From positions 124,001-188,000 of the forward strand of contig JASTWF010000332.1 in NCBI GenBank assembly GCA_030390025.1: a stretch of 64,000 nt of DNA, read 5' to 3'. Below are positions 26,296 to 37,876 of this stretch, in pieces (the first letter of the stretch is position 1; every line of letters starts with the position of its first letter). The stretch is from Squalus acanthias. Its lineage: Eukaryota. Below the pieces are notes generated by a model that saw nothing but the letters and a program-made list of their open reading frames with translations, was not told where the DNA came from and searched no databases. The position numbers were made by a program, and so were the translations under genes.

Positions 26296-27280
26296 AGCGG
26301 ACATAAAACTATAACCCAACATACTCCTCTTAAAGAGGGAGTGTCATCAGAAATTCTGTGAAAGATCTAATCATTGCGAAGAACTGCGATTAATGTCCAC
26401 ATCCCTCTGTTCTTGCGCAAGACGTTTGGATGAAGTTGACCCTTTGGCCCATTTGATCTCATCCCAACAGAATACCAGCTGTTCCATCTTCCCGTTACAA
26501 TTTATGGCTGCTTCTTAAACAACTCCGCTCTCCTGGCCTTCACCACCCTTCCTGCCAACCCATTCCAGCTGTTCTTCACTCTCTGTGTAAAGAAATTCTT
26601 CCTGACCTCTGTCCTATCCTTTTCTTTCACAACCCCAAACCTCTGCCCTCTTGTCATGCTGCCTTGTGCAGTGTTGTGGGCTCATTTCCTCTACCCTATT
26701 AAATATATTTTCCCTCTATTTCTGTTGGCACTTTCATGTAGTAAGACCAGATGATCAAGGCGACTGACTTAGGTTTCATAAAGAAATGGTGGAATCAAGG
26801 ACTGCGATCCCCAATATGCCAGTAAAAATCTCATGGAATGAAAACTGAAGTGGACTTATTCAGTCACCATAAATCAACGATCCAAACTGTAAACAATCCC
26901 CAAAGCACCGGTTAAAATCCTGGAATCCCGTAAAATGAAAACAGGATTTGATTTATTCAGTCACCGGAAATCAGTGACCCAACTGATATCAACTGGGGAA
27001 CTACTCATCCTGACATGCGAGGGTGATGTACTCCCATTCTCACGAGAGTACATCACCCCAGAGAGCTAAAGCATGATTGCTTTCATCACAACTGAGGCAA
27101 GAGTGCAAATTTCCCATCCAGTTAGAGGATTGTCCTAAGGCAATATAAAGCAGGAAGAGCCCAAGCTTGAATCTTGGTCGATACTGAGTGGATTTGGTGC
27201 AGAGCGAACCAGCTTACATTGCAAAATCAATTCCACTGAAAGCAGTGGTTTACGTTGATGAGGAGAAAAGGCCAATGGGC

Positions 27281-27661
27281 TAGGGTTGCCAACCCTCCAG
27301 GATTGCCCGGGAGTCTCCAGGAATTAAAGATTAATCTCCAGGACGTTGCTGCGAGCAACCTGGGAGAAAAATCATCCGTTAAAAGTTAGGTTTTTAAAAA
27401 AAAATTCTTTGAACACTTTGGTTATTAGTTACAAAAATATCTGAGTTGGGAAAAAAAGGTTGTTTGACTGACAGGTCAAAAATCATCCAATCGGGTAAAG
27501 AAGTCTACTCGCTTTCCGATTGGCTGTAGGAAGGCGGTGCGCCACGAGTATGGACGTGTTGGGCAACCAATGGCGGGTGTGTGGGGGCGGGGCTGTTGGG
27601 GGGGCAGGAGGTCATGTGATGACACCTCCAAGAATATGTCCAACCAGAGCTGGCAACCCTA
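27281..27661 (+). mobile_element. hAT-type MITE, family A copy 2
   Basis: TIRs TAGGGTTGCCA...TGGCAACCCTA. Confidence 0.85.
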
Positions 27662-28303
27662 CATCAGGCCCATTATGTGCCTGGTCCCCATCCTTCAGAT
27701 GATTTCATGCCAGGGCACCAACCACATCTCCCCCTTCTCCACCTCCCGGGAGAAGGAACAAAAAAATACAGAGACCAATGCTGCAATATGAATGGGGCAT
27801 GAGCTGATTTCACCCGAGGCAGCAGTGAGTTTGCTACAGTTGATCTTAGATCTCGGAGATATATAAAAAAAATTGAGCTAGGGTTCCTGCTTGCGATGTG
27901 CGCGCAGCAGGTCTTAATGGACATTAGAAAGGGGTCTGAAATATGTTGAACGTTCGAATAAACGTCTGGTTTCCCAATGGGTTAAAAGACTTATTAAAAA
28001 AAAAAAACTGGTCGTAGGCGGCCTACTGAAATCAATTATCTACAGCAGACAGAAAAAATCCCCATGACTTATGAACATCAAGCTTTCCATCCACACAGCC
28101 ACCTTTCATATTTAAATGAAGTAGCAAAGTACAATTAAACGGAATGCTCTCAGAGCAAAATGAAAGGGATGCGAGCTGACCCTAAGCAGATTGCTGGAAA
28201 ATAAACAATTTTAATAGTCTCGTGTGCAAGAGAAGAGCGACACATATTTATTCATTATCAACATATACGCACGTTAATTTTTTTTTTAACACTAATAGCG
28301 GAA

Positions 28304-30093
28304 AGAAAGAACTTACTTTTATAAAGCGCCTTTCACAACCTCAGGATGTCCCAAAGCACTTTACAGCCAATGAAGTACTTTCTGAAGTGTCTTCACTGGT
28401 GTAATGTAAAACACGTGGCAGCCAATTTACGTACAACAAGGTGACACAATCAGCAATGTGATAATGACCAGATAATCGGTTTTAGTGATGTTGATTGAGG
28501 GACAAATATTGGCCAGGACTCCGGGGATAACTCCCCTGCTCTTCTTTGAAATACTGCTATAGGATCTTTTGAGTTCAGCTGAGGGGGCAGACGGGGGTTA
28601 ATGAACCAGAATTTACGGTGTCTTTGACGGCATACGCAAAAACCCAAAACTTGCGACCTGTCAAGGTACACCTTACAGATCATCCAAACCCACTGTAAAA
28701 TAGGGCCTGCTTTCACCAGCGTAAGAGTTATCATAAATCTTAAATTAAAAATAAATTAAAAATGATGCATCAGTTTATGCAAATATTGGCCTGGATTAAA
28801 ATGTTTAAAATTATTTTTCAAAAAATTACATTTTTATTGGCCCAAAAATTAGTCCCACGACGCGAGAGTACGCACTGCGTACTCTTGCGTATTCTGTCTC
28901 CAATTGCCGGTTTTCTGCATGCACTGCGCATGCGCTGAAAACCGGCACTTGGTTTTTGGAAAAGGGGGCGGTTCCTCGGTGCACGCTACAGGCTGCGCGC
29001 ACGCAGTGCACTTAGTGCTTTGGACGCGCAGGTAAGTACGGAAGATTTTAGAAATGAAAAAAGGAGGAGTAAGACCCACTTTTAACAAGGTAAGTAGTGA
29101 ATTAAGTATTATTTTGATTTTTTTTTAACAGGTATATCTTTTTTAGAGACTTTAAAGACAGGTAAGTTTATTTTTATAACTTTTTAAAAGATTTTAAATT
29201 TTTTCAAAAATTTAATTTTTTATTTAAAATGGTTAATTTATTTAACTATACTTATTTTATTAATGTGATGGGTTTTTTATTAAATTTAATTGAGGTTTAG
29301 CTGTTATTTTGGGGGTGTGTAAGATTCATAGCTTTCACAGCACTTATGTGAAACTTATGAATGGAAGATGGTGTGCTGCCATTGGCTCTAACTGAGTCAC
29401 GTGATCCCACAGCTCGCACGAATTCACTACGCCGGTGGGATACGCAAGCACTGCCCAGCTGATGTCTAGAACATCAAGTTCGTGCAAGCTGGAACTGAAA
29501 AAGCCAACGCGGAGTGAGAGATCGCGGGGAAGCCTTACCCCCGCGTCAACACTCAGTCTTTACACCAAATACAATGGCCCAGAAATTAATGAAGGGACTT
29601 TTAATTAAATTGGAAAATCAGACCATTTATATTTATTAGAGTTGTCTAAATTGTTTAATTATTTGGGGATTCCATTGCATGTCATTAGGGAATTCCATTC
29701 GGAAATGACTGCAATGGAATCCTCCTTTCTTGGAGAACCTGGCCCACGTGATCCCAGGGACGCTTCCGAACCGCCTGTGTCCCTGGGATCCGTGGGGCCT
29801 TTACGCAGGCGTACGCATGGAGGTCAGAGACCTGAACTCTCCGTAGCTTTGTAGCCTGGAGGTAAGTTAGGAAATGTTTTGCGGGTCGGAGACGTACTCC
29901 GGAGGTACGCCTCTGACCGCAAATTCAGGGCCAATGTCTCATCCGAAAGATGGCACCGCTGACAGTGCAGCACTCCCTCGGTACTGCATAGGAGTGCAAG
30001 CCTAGGTTTTTGTGCCCAACTCTCTGGAGTGGAACTTGAACCCACAACCTTCTGACTCTGAGGCGAGTGCTACCCACTGAGCCACGGCTGACA
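28304..30093 (-). mobile_element. DeuSINE split by a 1.33-kb insertion
   Basis: SINE 3' half 28304-28602 and head 29933-30093 join in register. Confidence 0.8.
28603..29932. mobile_element. Non-autonomous TIR element (Harbinger-like), possibly composite
   Basis: TIRs GAACCAGAATTTACGGT / ACCGCAAATTCAGGGCC (13/17); 3-bp TSD AAT. Confidence 0.7.
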
Positions 30094-30127
30094 CTCACAG
30101 CCCGTCATTCACACGCAAATAAAAGGT

Positions 30128-30460
30128 ACGGTAGCGTAGCAGTTACGTGACTGGACTAGTAACCCAGAGGCTTGGACTATTAATCCAGAGAACGTGAGTT
30201 CAAATCCCACTGTGGCAGCTTGAAAATTTGTATTTAATTTTAATTTTTTTTAAATCTGGAACTAAAAAGTTGGTACCAGGAAAAGTGACCATGAAGCTGT
30301 TGGATTGCCATAAAAACCCAACTGGTTCACTAATAGTCTTTAAGGTAGGAAATCTGCCGTCCATACACAGTCTGGCTTATATGTGACTCCTGTCCTATGC
30401 CAATGTGGTTGATTTTCAACTGCCCTTGATGTGGCCATGCAAGCCACTCGGTTGTATCAA
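30128..30460 (+). mobile_element. SINE family 1, head intact, tail missing
   Basis: tRNA-like head GGTAGCGTAGCAGTT...GAGTTCAAATCCC; body matches 1025-1315. Confidence 0.8.
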
Positions 30461-30579
30461 ACTACACGAAAGGAACAAAAGAAAAGAAAGGGAAGGACCT
30501 CTCGGCTGGGGTACATTGAAGCTGCTACAATGGGACTGGGAACCGGGCTGAAGGCAAGGCAGAGCTGTGGGCAGCTTCA

Positions 30580-31662
30580 ACAACTTGCATTTATATAGCG
30601 CATTTAACATAGTGAAACATCCCAAGGCGCTTCACAGGAACGTTATCAAACAAAATTTGACACCGAGCCACATAAGGAGATATTAGGCCAGATGACCAAA
30701 CGCTTGGTCAAAGAGGTAGGTTTTAAGGAGCATCTTAAAGAAGGAGAGAGAGGGGTAGAGAGGTTTAGGGTGGGAATACCAGAGCTTAGGACCTAGGCAG
30801 CTAATGGTGGAGCGATTAAAATCATGGATGTGCAAGAGGCCAGAATTGGAGGAGCGCAGAAATCTTACAGAATTGTAGGGCTGGAGGAGGTTACACAGAT
30901 AGGGAGGGACGAGGCCAGGGAGGGATTTGAAAACAAGGATGAGAATTTTAAAATTGAGACCGGGAGCCAATGTAGTTCAGGGAGCACAGGGTTGATAGGT
31001 GAACGAGACTTGGTCCGAGTTAGGATATGGGCAGCAGAGTTTTGGATGAGCTCAAGTTCAGGTAGGGTGTAAGATGGGAGGTCGGCCAGGAGAGCATTGG
31101 AATAGACAAGTCTAGAGGTAACAAAGGCATAGATGAGGGTTTCAGCTGAAGATGAGCTGAGGTAGGGCGGAGTCGGGCGATGTTATGGAGTTGGAAGTAG
31201 GCATTCTTGGTGATGGAGCGGATATGTGGTCGGAACCTCAAATTAGGGTCAAATACAACACCAAGGTTGCGAACGGTCTGGTTCAACCTCAGACAGTTGC
31301 CAGGGAGAGGGATGAGTCAGTGGCTAGGGAACGGTGTTTGTGGTGGGGTCCAAAGATGTTAGTTGGAGTGATATTTCTGCTCATCCAGGACTGGATGTCG
31401 GACAAGCAGTGTGACAAATCAGAGACAGTGGAGGGGTTGAGAGAGGTGGTGGTGAGGTAGAGCTGAGTGTCCTCAGCCTAAATGTGGAACCTGACGTTGT
31501 GTTTTCGGATGATGTCGCCGAGGGGCAGCATGTAGATGAAAAATAGGAGGGGGCCAAGGATAGATCCTTGGGGGACTACAGAGGTAACGATGCGGGAACG
31601 GGAAGAGAAGCCACTGCAGGTGATTCTCTGGCTATGATTGGATAGATAAGAATGGAGCCAGG
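30580..31662 (-). mobile_element. L2 LINE, RT to 3' end, decayed
   Basis: WLHSYLSNHSQ...VPQGSILGPLLFFIYMLPLGDII; VRNLGVVFD; FKMLLKTYLFDQAF. Confidence 0.9.
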
Positions 31663-31914
31663 CGACTTCATTCCTTTCCAGTTTGTTCTCCCTCACTCTT
31701 TTAAGTAACCTGCTTCATTAGAAGCCTTTTTCTTGCAGCTTTTATTCCTTTGAGTCACCAGCCCACATTGTTGTGGGACCAGGCACCGCCTTCTGGTTAC
31801 AAGGAAGACACTGATGTACGCCAGGGAGTTACTGAGGTTTGTGGGCAGGAGGATGGAGGGAAAACTCCGCAGATTGAACTGTCACCTTCGGACCTCTTCC
31901 GATCCAGAACCTGA

Positions 31915-32078
31915 TTTGATGCATTTAAGGGGAAGCTAGATAAGTGCACGAGGGGAATAGAAGGATATATTGATAGGGTGAGATGAAGTAAGCTGGGAGG
32001 AGGCTCTTGTGGAGCATAAACGCTGGCCTAGACCAGTCGGGGCACATGGCCTGTTTCTGTGCTGTAAAATTCTATGTG
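31915..32078 (+). mobile_element. CR1 family C tail
   Basis: Matches 13630-13795. Confidence 0.8.
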
Positions 32079-33817
32079 CTCTTTTATCGAACTTTAAATG
32101 GCAGGTGAAAATAACCTGTTGGTAGTTCAATTGTTGCAAAAGTTGACAACTCTGTGAATATTAAGATGGGGAGGAGCTGCCGGAGCTGGGACGGTGCTGG
32201 TGTTGTAGAGATGGTTCTCCGAGATCCTTGGATTCCTCACGGTTGTCTGGTCTCTTCTAATAACCTAGTATCTTGCAAGTTAAGATTCGCATCTGAACCT
32301 TCTCTGTTATAACTTTTATTTCTGCTTTACCGAGATTTGAAAATATTATTTTCTTATATGATACACAGACGTATCTTTTGTTCTGATCGGTGGATGAAGG
32401 TGTATTTTTCTCCTGATTGATCAAGTTCCCAGCGTACCTATTTCAACAAGAGATTGTAACACCCAGGAGATTTGGTATCTTGAATACCAAGCAATTGACC
32501 CAGGTTTCTATGGACTGTAGATAACCTTACTGTACAGGGAATCTTGTAGTATTAAGCAGCATTCAGGTAAATTTGGACCGACATCCCCCAAAAAACACAA
32601 CTGACTGAATTTAGGGTGTAAGTACCAACATACCCCATCTTGTGCAAAGAATTACACTGGGCATCAGTATTAAAACAAACTCTAATGAGAGGGATGCAGT
32701 AATTGTGTCAATTAAAAATGCGATTAAAAGATTAACCACGATTTAAATTTTTGATTGCGATATTAGTTGTGATTAATTCATTTAATTGCTTGACATATTT
32801 GACTCTTCAGTAATTCGAGTCCTTCCACAATCTAAACTCTGGATTTCTGGTGCTTTTAAACAGCATCGAACATTTGTTATTTGATTTGCACTTTGGAGGA
32901 ATTCAAACTTCAGATAATACATGCTGATTGGTTTAGGTACATTTTTATTGATAAACCTCGGTGAAGAAGCAGCAATTACTGGTGCCAAGAATGTCAGGAC
33001 AACATCTTTCTGACCGTCTTATTGACTACGCGGTTTGATTTAAATTATTTCATTGACTATTTTGAAATCTCAGTAACTGAAGGACAGTGATCACAGGCAC
33101 AATGGCCTGCCGTAAGGAGAAGGAACCATGGCAAAATTCACAGTTCATGTGTTGACCCTCTAGACTGGTCATAGGATCTCACTGGGTGGAAGATTCTGGG
33201 TGGTAACTTGCTCACAGCTGCCATGCATGCTGGTCTGAGTGTCTAACGCAAGAACGATATTGTGCTCGGAGTGTGTCAGATACAAGAATGCCATGCTACC
33301 CTATAAGTGCCCAATATGAGATAATGATATTCAGAATGGGGCTTCCTTTTTTCCCCCAACGTACCATCCCTCGCTTCCTCCTGGCACTCCAGTTGTTGGG
33401 AAGGGGACAGGGGGCAGAGGTCAGGTCAGCCAGAGCTAATGAAGCTCACCAAGGGAAAGCAGTTGGATTTGATTGACAGGCTGCCCCTGGATGTGAACCT
33501 TCAAAATTCTGCAACCAGCTTTATTGCAGAGCTGTGTACAGACGGCATCAGGTTTTGTATAAATACCATACCACCTCACAGCCAACACAGGGTGATTGGC
33601 TATAGTATGAGAGCCCATTAATGAATCACTCATCGACAAGTCACAACTGCTGATGTTAGCAGTTATTCAGGTAAATCTTGCTTTCTGGTACCCAACAGCA
33701 CCTTAAGTGCGCTGTAATTTTTAAGAGGAGAGATGTCGTTAATTTGCCTGGCCCGGGTTATTTGCATAGCCTGTGGTAGGGCCTTGCGTGGGGGATCATG
33801 AGAAGCGGACCACAGCT

Positions 33818-34161
33818 GAGGGTTGCCAACCCTCCAGGATAATCCTGGAGTCTCCAGGAATTGAAGATAACCAGAGGGAAAAATCAGTGAGGCATTAAAA
33901 AAGTGTTTTTTTCATTTTCTTTGAACATTTTAATGTATTAGTTGTAAAAATATTAGAGATGGGGGGAAAAAAGGCTGTTTGACCAACAGTCAAGGTTAAT
34001 CCAATTGGGTAACAAAGAGTCTGTTTGCTTTCCAATTGGCCTGGAATGCATTACGCCCGGAGGATGGATCAATGGTGGGAGTGTGGGGGCAGGGTGGTTC
34101 AAGGCGGGAGGTCATGTGGTGAACCCTCCAAAAATACACCCAACCAGAGTTGGCAACCATA
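33818..34161 (+). mobile_element. hAT-type MITE, family A copy 3
   Basis: TIRs GAGGGTTGCCAAC...GTTGGCAACCATA; TSD CCACAGCT/CCATAGCT. Confidence 0.85.
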
Positions 34162-34708
34162 CCATAGCTGCAGCCCTGACAGGACTGTAGTTACACTCCT
34201 AGCCCTAGCATCAGGGCTCCAGCAGCAGCCATAAGACACAGAAGCCCTGTCACTGACCTGCTGGATGAACAACAGATAAAGTGAAACTTGCCTATTCAAT
34301 CTTCTGGCTGCCCCCTGGACTCCCACTGCTCCACAGGGAGCCCAGAGCAAGTCCCTGTGCCCGGCTCCTTTGGGCATCCAAAGAGCCATCGCCCAGAAAT
34401 GTGAGGTGGGAGGTCAGGAACACTCCCTTGCGCCTCTTTGGCATTCTAAAGTGGAGTCTGCACCTATACCAGGCGCAGATATGCTCCACTGGGGAAGGCC
34501 TGGCAATCTCAGGGCAGCATAGTGAGGTTCAGAACCCTGACATGACCTTCACACAGCGAAGTGGAGCTATGTCCCCTAGTTCTAGTCTCACCCGTCATCG
34601 GGAACATCCACCCGATCCAACCCCTTCACAATCTTATATGTTTCAATAAGATTGCCTCTCATTCTTCTGAACTCCAATGAGTAGAGTCCCAATCTACCCA
34701 ACCTCTCC

Positions 34709-36031
34709 TCATATGACCACCCCCTCATCCCCGGGATTAACCGAGTGAACCTTTTTTGCACTGCCTCGAGAGCAAGGATGTCTTTCCTTAAGTAAGGACA
34801 CCAAAAACTGTATGCAGTATTCCAGGTGCGGTCTCACCAATACCTTGTACAACTGAAGCAATACCTCCCTATTTTTATATTCTATCCCCCTAGCAATGAA
34901 AGCCAACATTCCATTTGCCTTCTTAATCACTTGCTGCACCTGCATACTAACCTTTTGAGTTTCGTGCACCAGGACCCCCAGATCCCTTTGCCCTTCAGTA
35001 CTCTCCAGTTTCTTGCCATTAAGATAATAAATTGCTCTAGGATTTTTCCTGCCAAAGTGCATCACCTCACACTTTCCAGTGTTGTATTCCATCTGCCAAA
35101 TCTCTGCCCACTTACTTAGCCTGTCTATGTCCCCTTGCAGGTTTTTTATGTCCTCCTCACTCACTACTTTCCCTCCCATCTTAGTATCATCTGCAAATTT
35201 TGATATGTTACACTTGGTCCCTTCCTCCAAATCGTTAATATAGATTGTAAAGAGTTGGGGACCCAGCACTGACCCCTGTGGAACACCACTAGTTACTGAT
35301 TGCCAGTCTGCGAATGAACCATTTATCCCAACTCTTTGCTTTCTGTTAGATAGCCAATCCTCTATCCATGCCAGAATATTACCCCCAATCCCGTGATTTT
35401 TTACCTTAAGCAATAATCTTTTGTGTGGCACCTTGTCAAATGCCTTTTGGAAGTCTAAATACACTACGTCCACTGGTTCCCCTTTATCCACTCTATATGT
35501 TACTTCCTCAAAGAACTCCAGCAAATTTGTCAAACATGACTTCCCCTTCGTAAAACCATGCTGACTTTGTCCTATTAAATTATGATTATCCAAAAGTCCT
35601 GTTACTGTTTCCTTAATAATGGACTCCAAAATTTTACCTACCACAGATGTTAGGCTAACCGGTCTATAGTTACCAGCCTTCTGTCTACTGCCCTTTTTAA
35701 ATAAGGGTGTTACATTAGCAGTTTTCCAGTCTGCCGGGACCTTAGCGGAATCCAGGGAGTTTTGAAAAATGATTACCAATGCATCTACAATCCCTACCAC
35801 CACTTCCTTCAAGACTCTAGGATGTAAGCCATCAGGTCCAGGTGATTTATCCGCCTTGAGTCCCATTATTTTACTGAGTACCACTTCCTTAGTGATTTTG
35901 ATCATGTTTAGCTCCTCTCCCCCTATAGCCCCCTGTTTGTCCAGTGTTGGGATATTCTTAGTGTCCTCTACTGTAAAGACTGATACAAAATATTCATTCA
36001 GTGTTTTTGCCATCTCCATATTTCCCACCAT
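34709..36031 (-). CDS. CR1 ORF2 reverse transcriptase domain, 440-aa stop-free frame within a truncated element (about 34610-36065)
   Basis: [43 protein letters not shown]; frameshift near the C-terminus. Confidence 0.85.
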   Translation of the reverse strand: MVGNMEMAKTLNEYFVSVFTVEDTKNIPTLDKQGAIGGEELNMIKITKEVVLSKIMGLKADKSPGPDGLHPRVLKEVVVGIVDALVIIFQNSLDSAKVPADWKTANVTPLFKKGSRQKAGNYRPVSLTSVVGKILESIIKETVTGLLDNHNLIGQSQHGFTKGKSCLTNLLEFFEEVTYRVDKGEPVDVVYLDFQKAFDKVPHKRLLLKVKNHGIGGNILAWIEDWLSNRKQRVGINGSFADWQSVTSGVPQGSVLGPQLFTIYINDLEEGTKCNISKFADDTKMGGKVVSEEDIKNLQGDIDRLSKWAEIWQMEYNTGKCEVMHFGRKNPRAIYYLNGKKLESTEGQRDLGVLVHETQKVSMQVQQVIKKANGMLAFIARGIEYKNREVLLQLYKVLVRPHLEYCIQFLVSLLKERHPCSRGSAKKVHSVNPGDEGVVI

Positions 36032-36719
36032 TAATTTCCCGGTCTCATCCTCTAAGGGACCAACATTTAAGCAGGAAATCTACCCTGCTCTTTCTGGTTT
36101 CCTCATCAACAGGTAAGGCACACAAGACAGCCTCTAACACTCCGTTCTGGAACGCAGCATTATAGAGAGGGTCGACTGTAAGTACAATGATTAGAAGTTA
36201 CAGACTCTCATCAAAAAAACAACCTTTTATCATCAGTTTTTTTTCAACAATTAATAGTGCATTTTTATGTTGATGTAAAGCAGATTTGGCTCTACATTGA
36301 CACAAAAGTTGTTTTTCCACAGGATAGATTGGGACCTGACTCCCCAGCACATTAAAGTTAAGTAGAATTGCAGTTTAGTGCAATTCCAGTCTGACAGTCA
36401 CCTGCTTAATATGTACCTCACAAAGATTACAATGTGACTCTTGGTGACACCACTCCATGAGGCACCTCTGAATACTCTAATAAAACTCAAAGTAATACAT
36501 GCACAGCAAGATTAAATGTAGCAGCCAAATCTCAGTGTTGCCTTGAGCTCATCCAGCAACCTCAGAAATTGTAACATTTGAATCATAATTTCTAAACTGA
36601 ATTATGGATCATACTCCTTCCCTTTGCAGTTGTGTTTTTTTCTTATATTTCTATTCCTTACCAATAGATCCTCTCCAGTCTCAACTCTAGTCTGATTACT
36701 TGCTGGGGTACGACTTGGG

Positions 36720-37450
36720 AACATAGGAATTGCTAGACCAATAAAGACCAAGGCTCAATCGAGCTCGTCTTCTCTCATCCTGGTAGTTGTGTGATACAAC
36801 GATAATGGAATTGTTGAATAATCATATCAATCAATCTCTAACAATTAGTCCAGAACAGACCCAGACATGAGGCGAGGAAAACCCCAGTGGTGGAGTGCTT
36901 TGGGAATTATAGGCCCAAAGTCAGCTGCTCCTCCCAAGCAAGCTACACTTACCAAATGTAATGTCTCAAATTACTGATAGAATCATGCAGGGTGGGAGGA
37001 GGCCATTCGACCCATCGTGCCTGTGCCGGCTCTTTGAAATAGCTCTTCCATTAGTCCCACTCCCCTACTCTTTCCCCATAGCCCTGCAATTTTTTTTCCT
37101 TTTCAAGTATCTATCCTATTGCCTTTTGAAAGTTACTATTGAATCAGCTTCCACCACCCTTTCAGGCAGTGAATCCCAGATCATAACTCGCTGCATAAAT
37201 TTTCATCTCCCCTCAGGTTCTTTTACCAATTACCTTAAATGTGTGTCCTCTGGTTACTGTCCCTCCTGCCACCGGAAACAATTTCTCCCTGTACTGTGTC
37301 CCAAAATATTATTTTCTGAAAGAAATCCATCTAATTTGCATTGATATGAATCAATACTAACTGCTTCCACTGTCTTCCTAGGGAGCCTGTTCCATAGATT
37401 GACCACTCGCTCACTGAAATATAGTTTCCACAGACTCGGTCTGAGCAGCT
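36720..37450 (-). mobile_element. Nested CR1 3' fragments
   Basis: Younger CR1 tail 36978-37290 inside an older CR1 (FSERVVNLWNRLP). Confidence 0.7.
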
Positions 37451-37513
37451 CAGGCACTTACTATATAAGCCAGCTGAACCACCCAGTGAGTGTTCCATTA
37501 CTGTTCTAACAGT

Positions 37514-37876
37514 ACAAAAGCAAAATACTGCGGATGCTGGAAATCTGAAATAAAAACAGAAAATGCTGGAAATACTCAGCAGGTCAGGCAGCATCTGTGG
37601 AGAGAGAAACAGAGTTAACGTTTCAGGTCGATGACCCTTCGTCAGAACTGGAAAAAGCTGGAGATGCAACAGGTTTTTAAGCAAGTGTAGGGACAGGAAA
37701 AGGGGGGAGAGGAGGAAAGAACAAAAGGGAAGGTCTGTGATAGGATGGAAGGCAGGAGAGATTAAGAGACAAAAGGGATGATGGTGCAAGACAAAAGGAG
37801 ATGGTAATGGGACAAGTTAAGAAACAAAAGATGGCTCTAGATGAAGTGTAAATGATGATGGCAGAATGAAAGACAA
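37514..37876 (-). mobile_element. Short Penelope pLTR-derived element
   Basis: 10-bp TSD TTCTAACAGT (37504-37513, 37877-37886); shark pLTR-type sequence; hammerhead motif. Confidence 0.8.
37613..37649 (-). ncRNA. Minimal type I hammerhead ribozyme motif
   Basis: AGUU-CUGACGA-A-GGGUC(AUC)GACCU-GAAA-CGUU-AACU; stems I and II pair; palindromic AACGUU at helix III. Confidence 0.7.

Noticed and set aside
32160..32660. Coding-looking stretch, possible viral or LINE fossil
   Set aside because: Manual translation gave stops and no motif I could assign; a BLASTX search would be needed.
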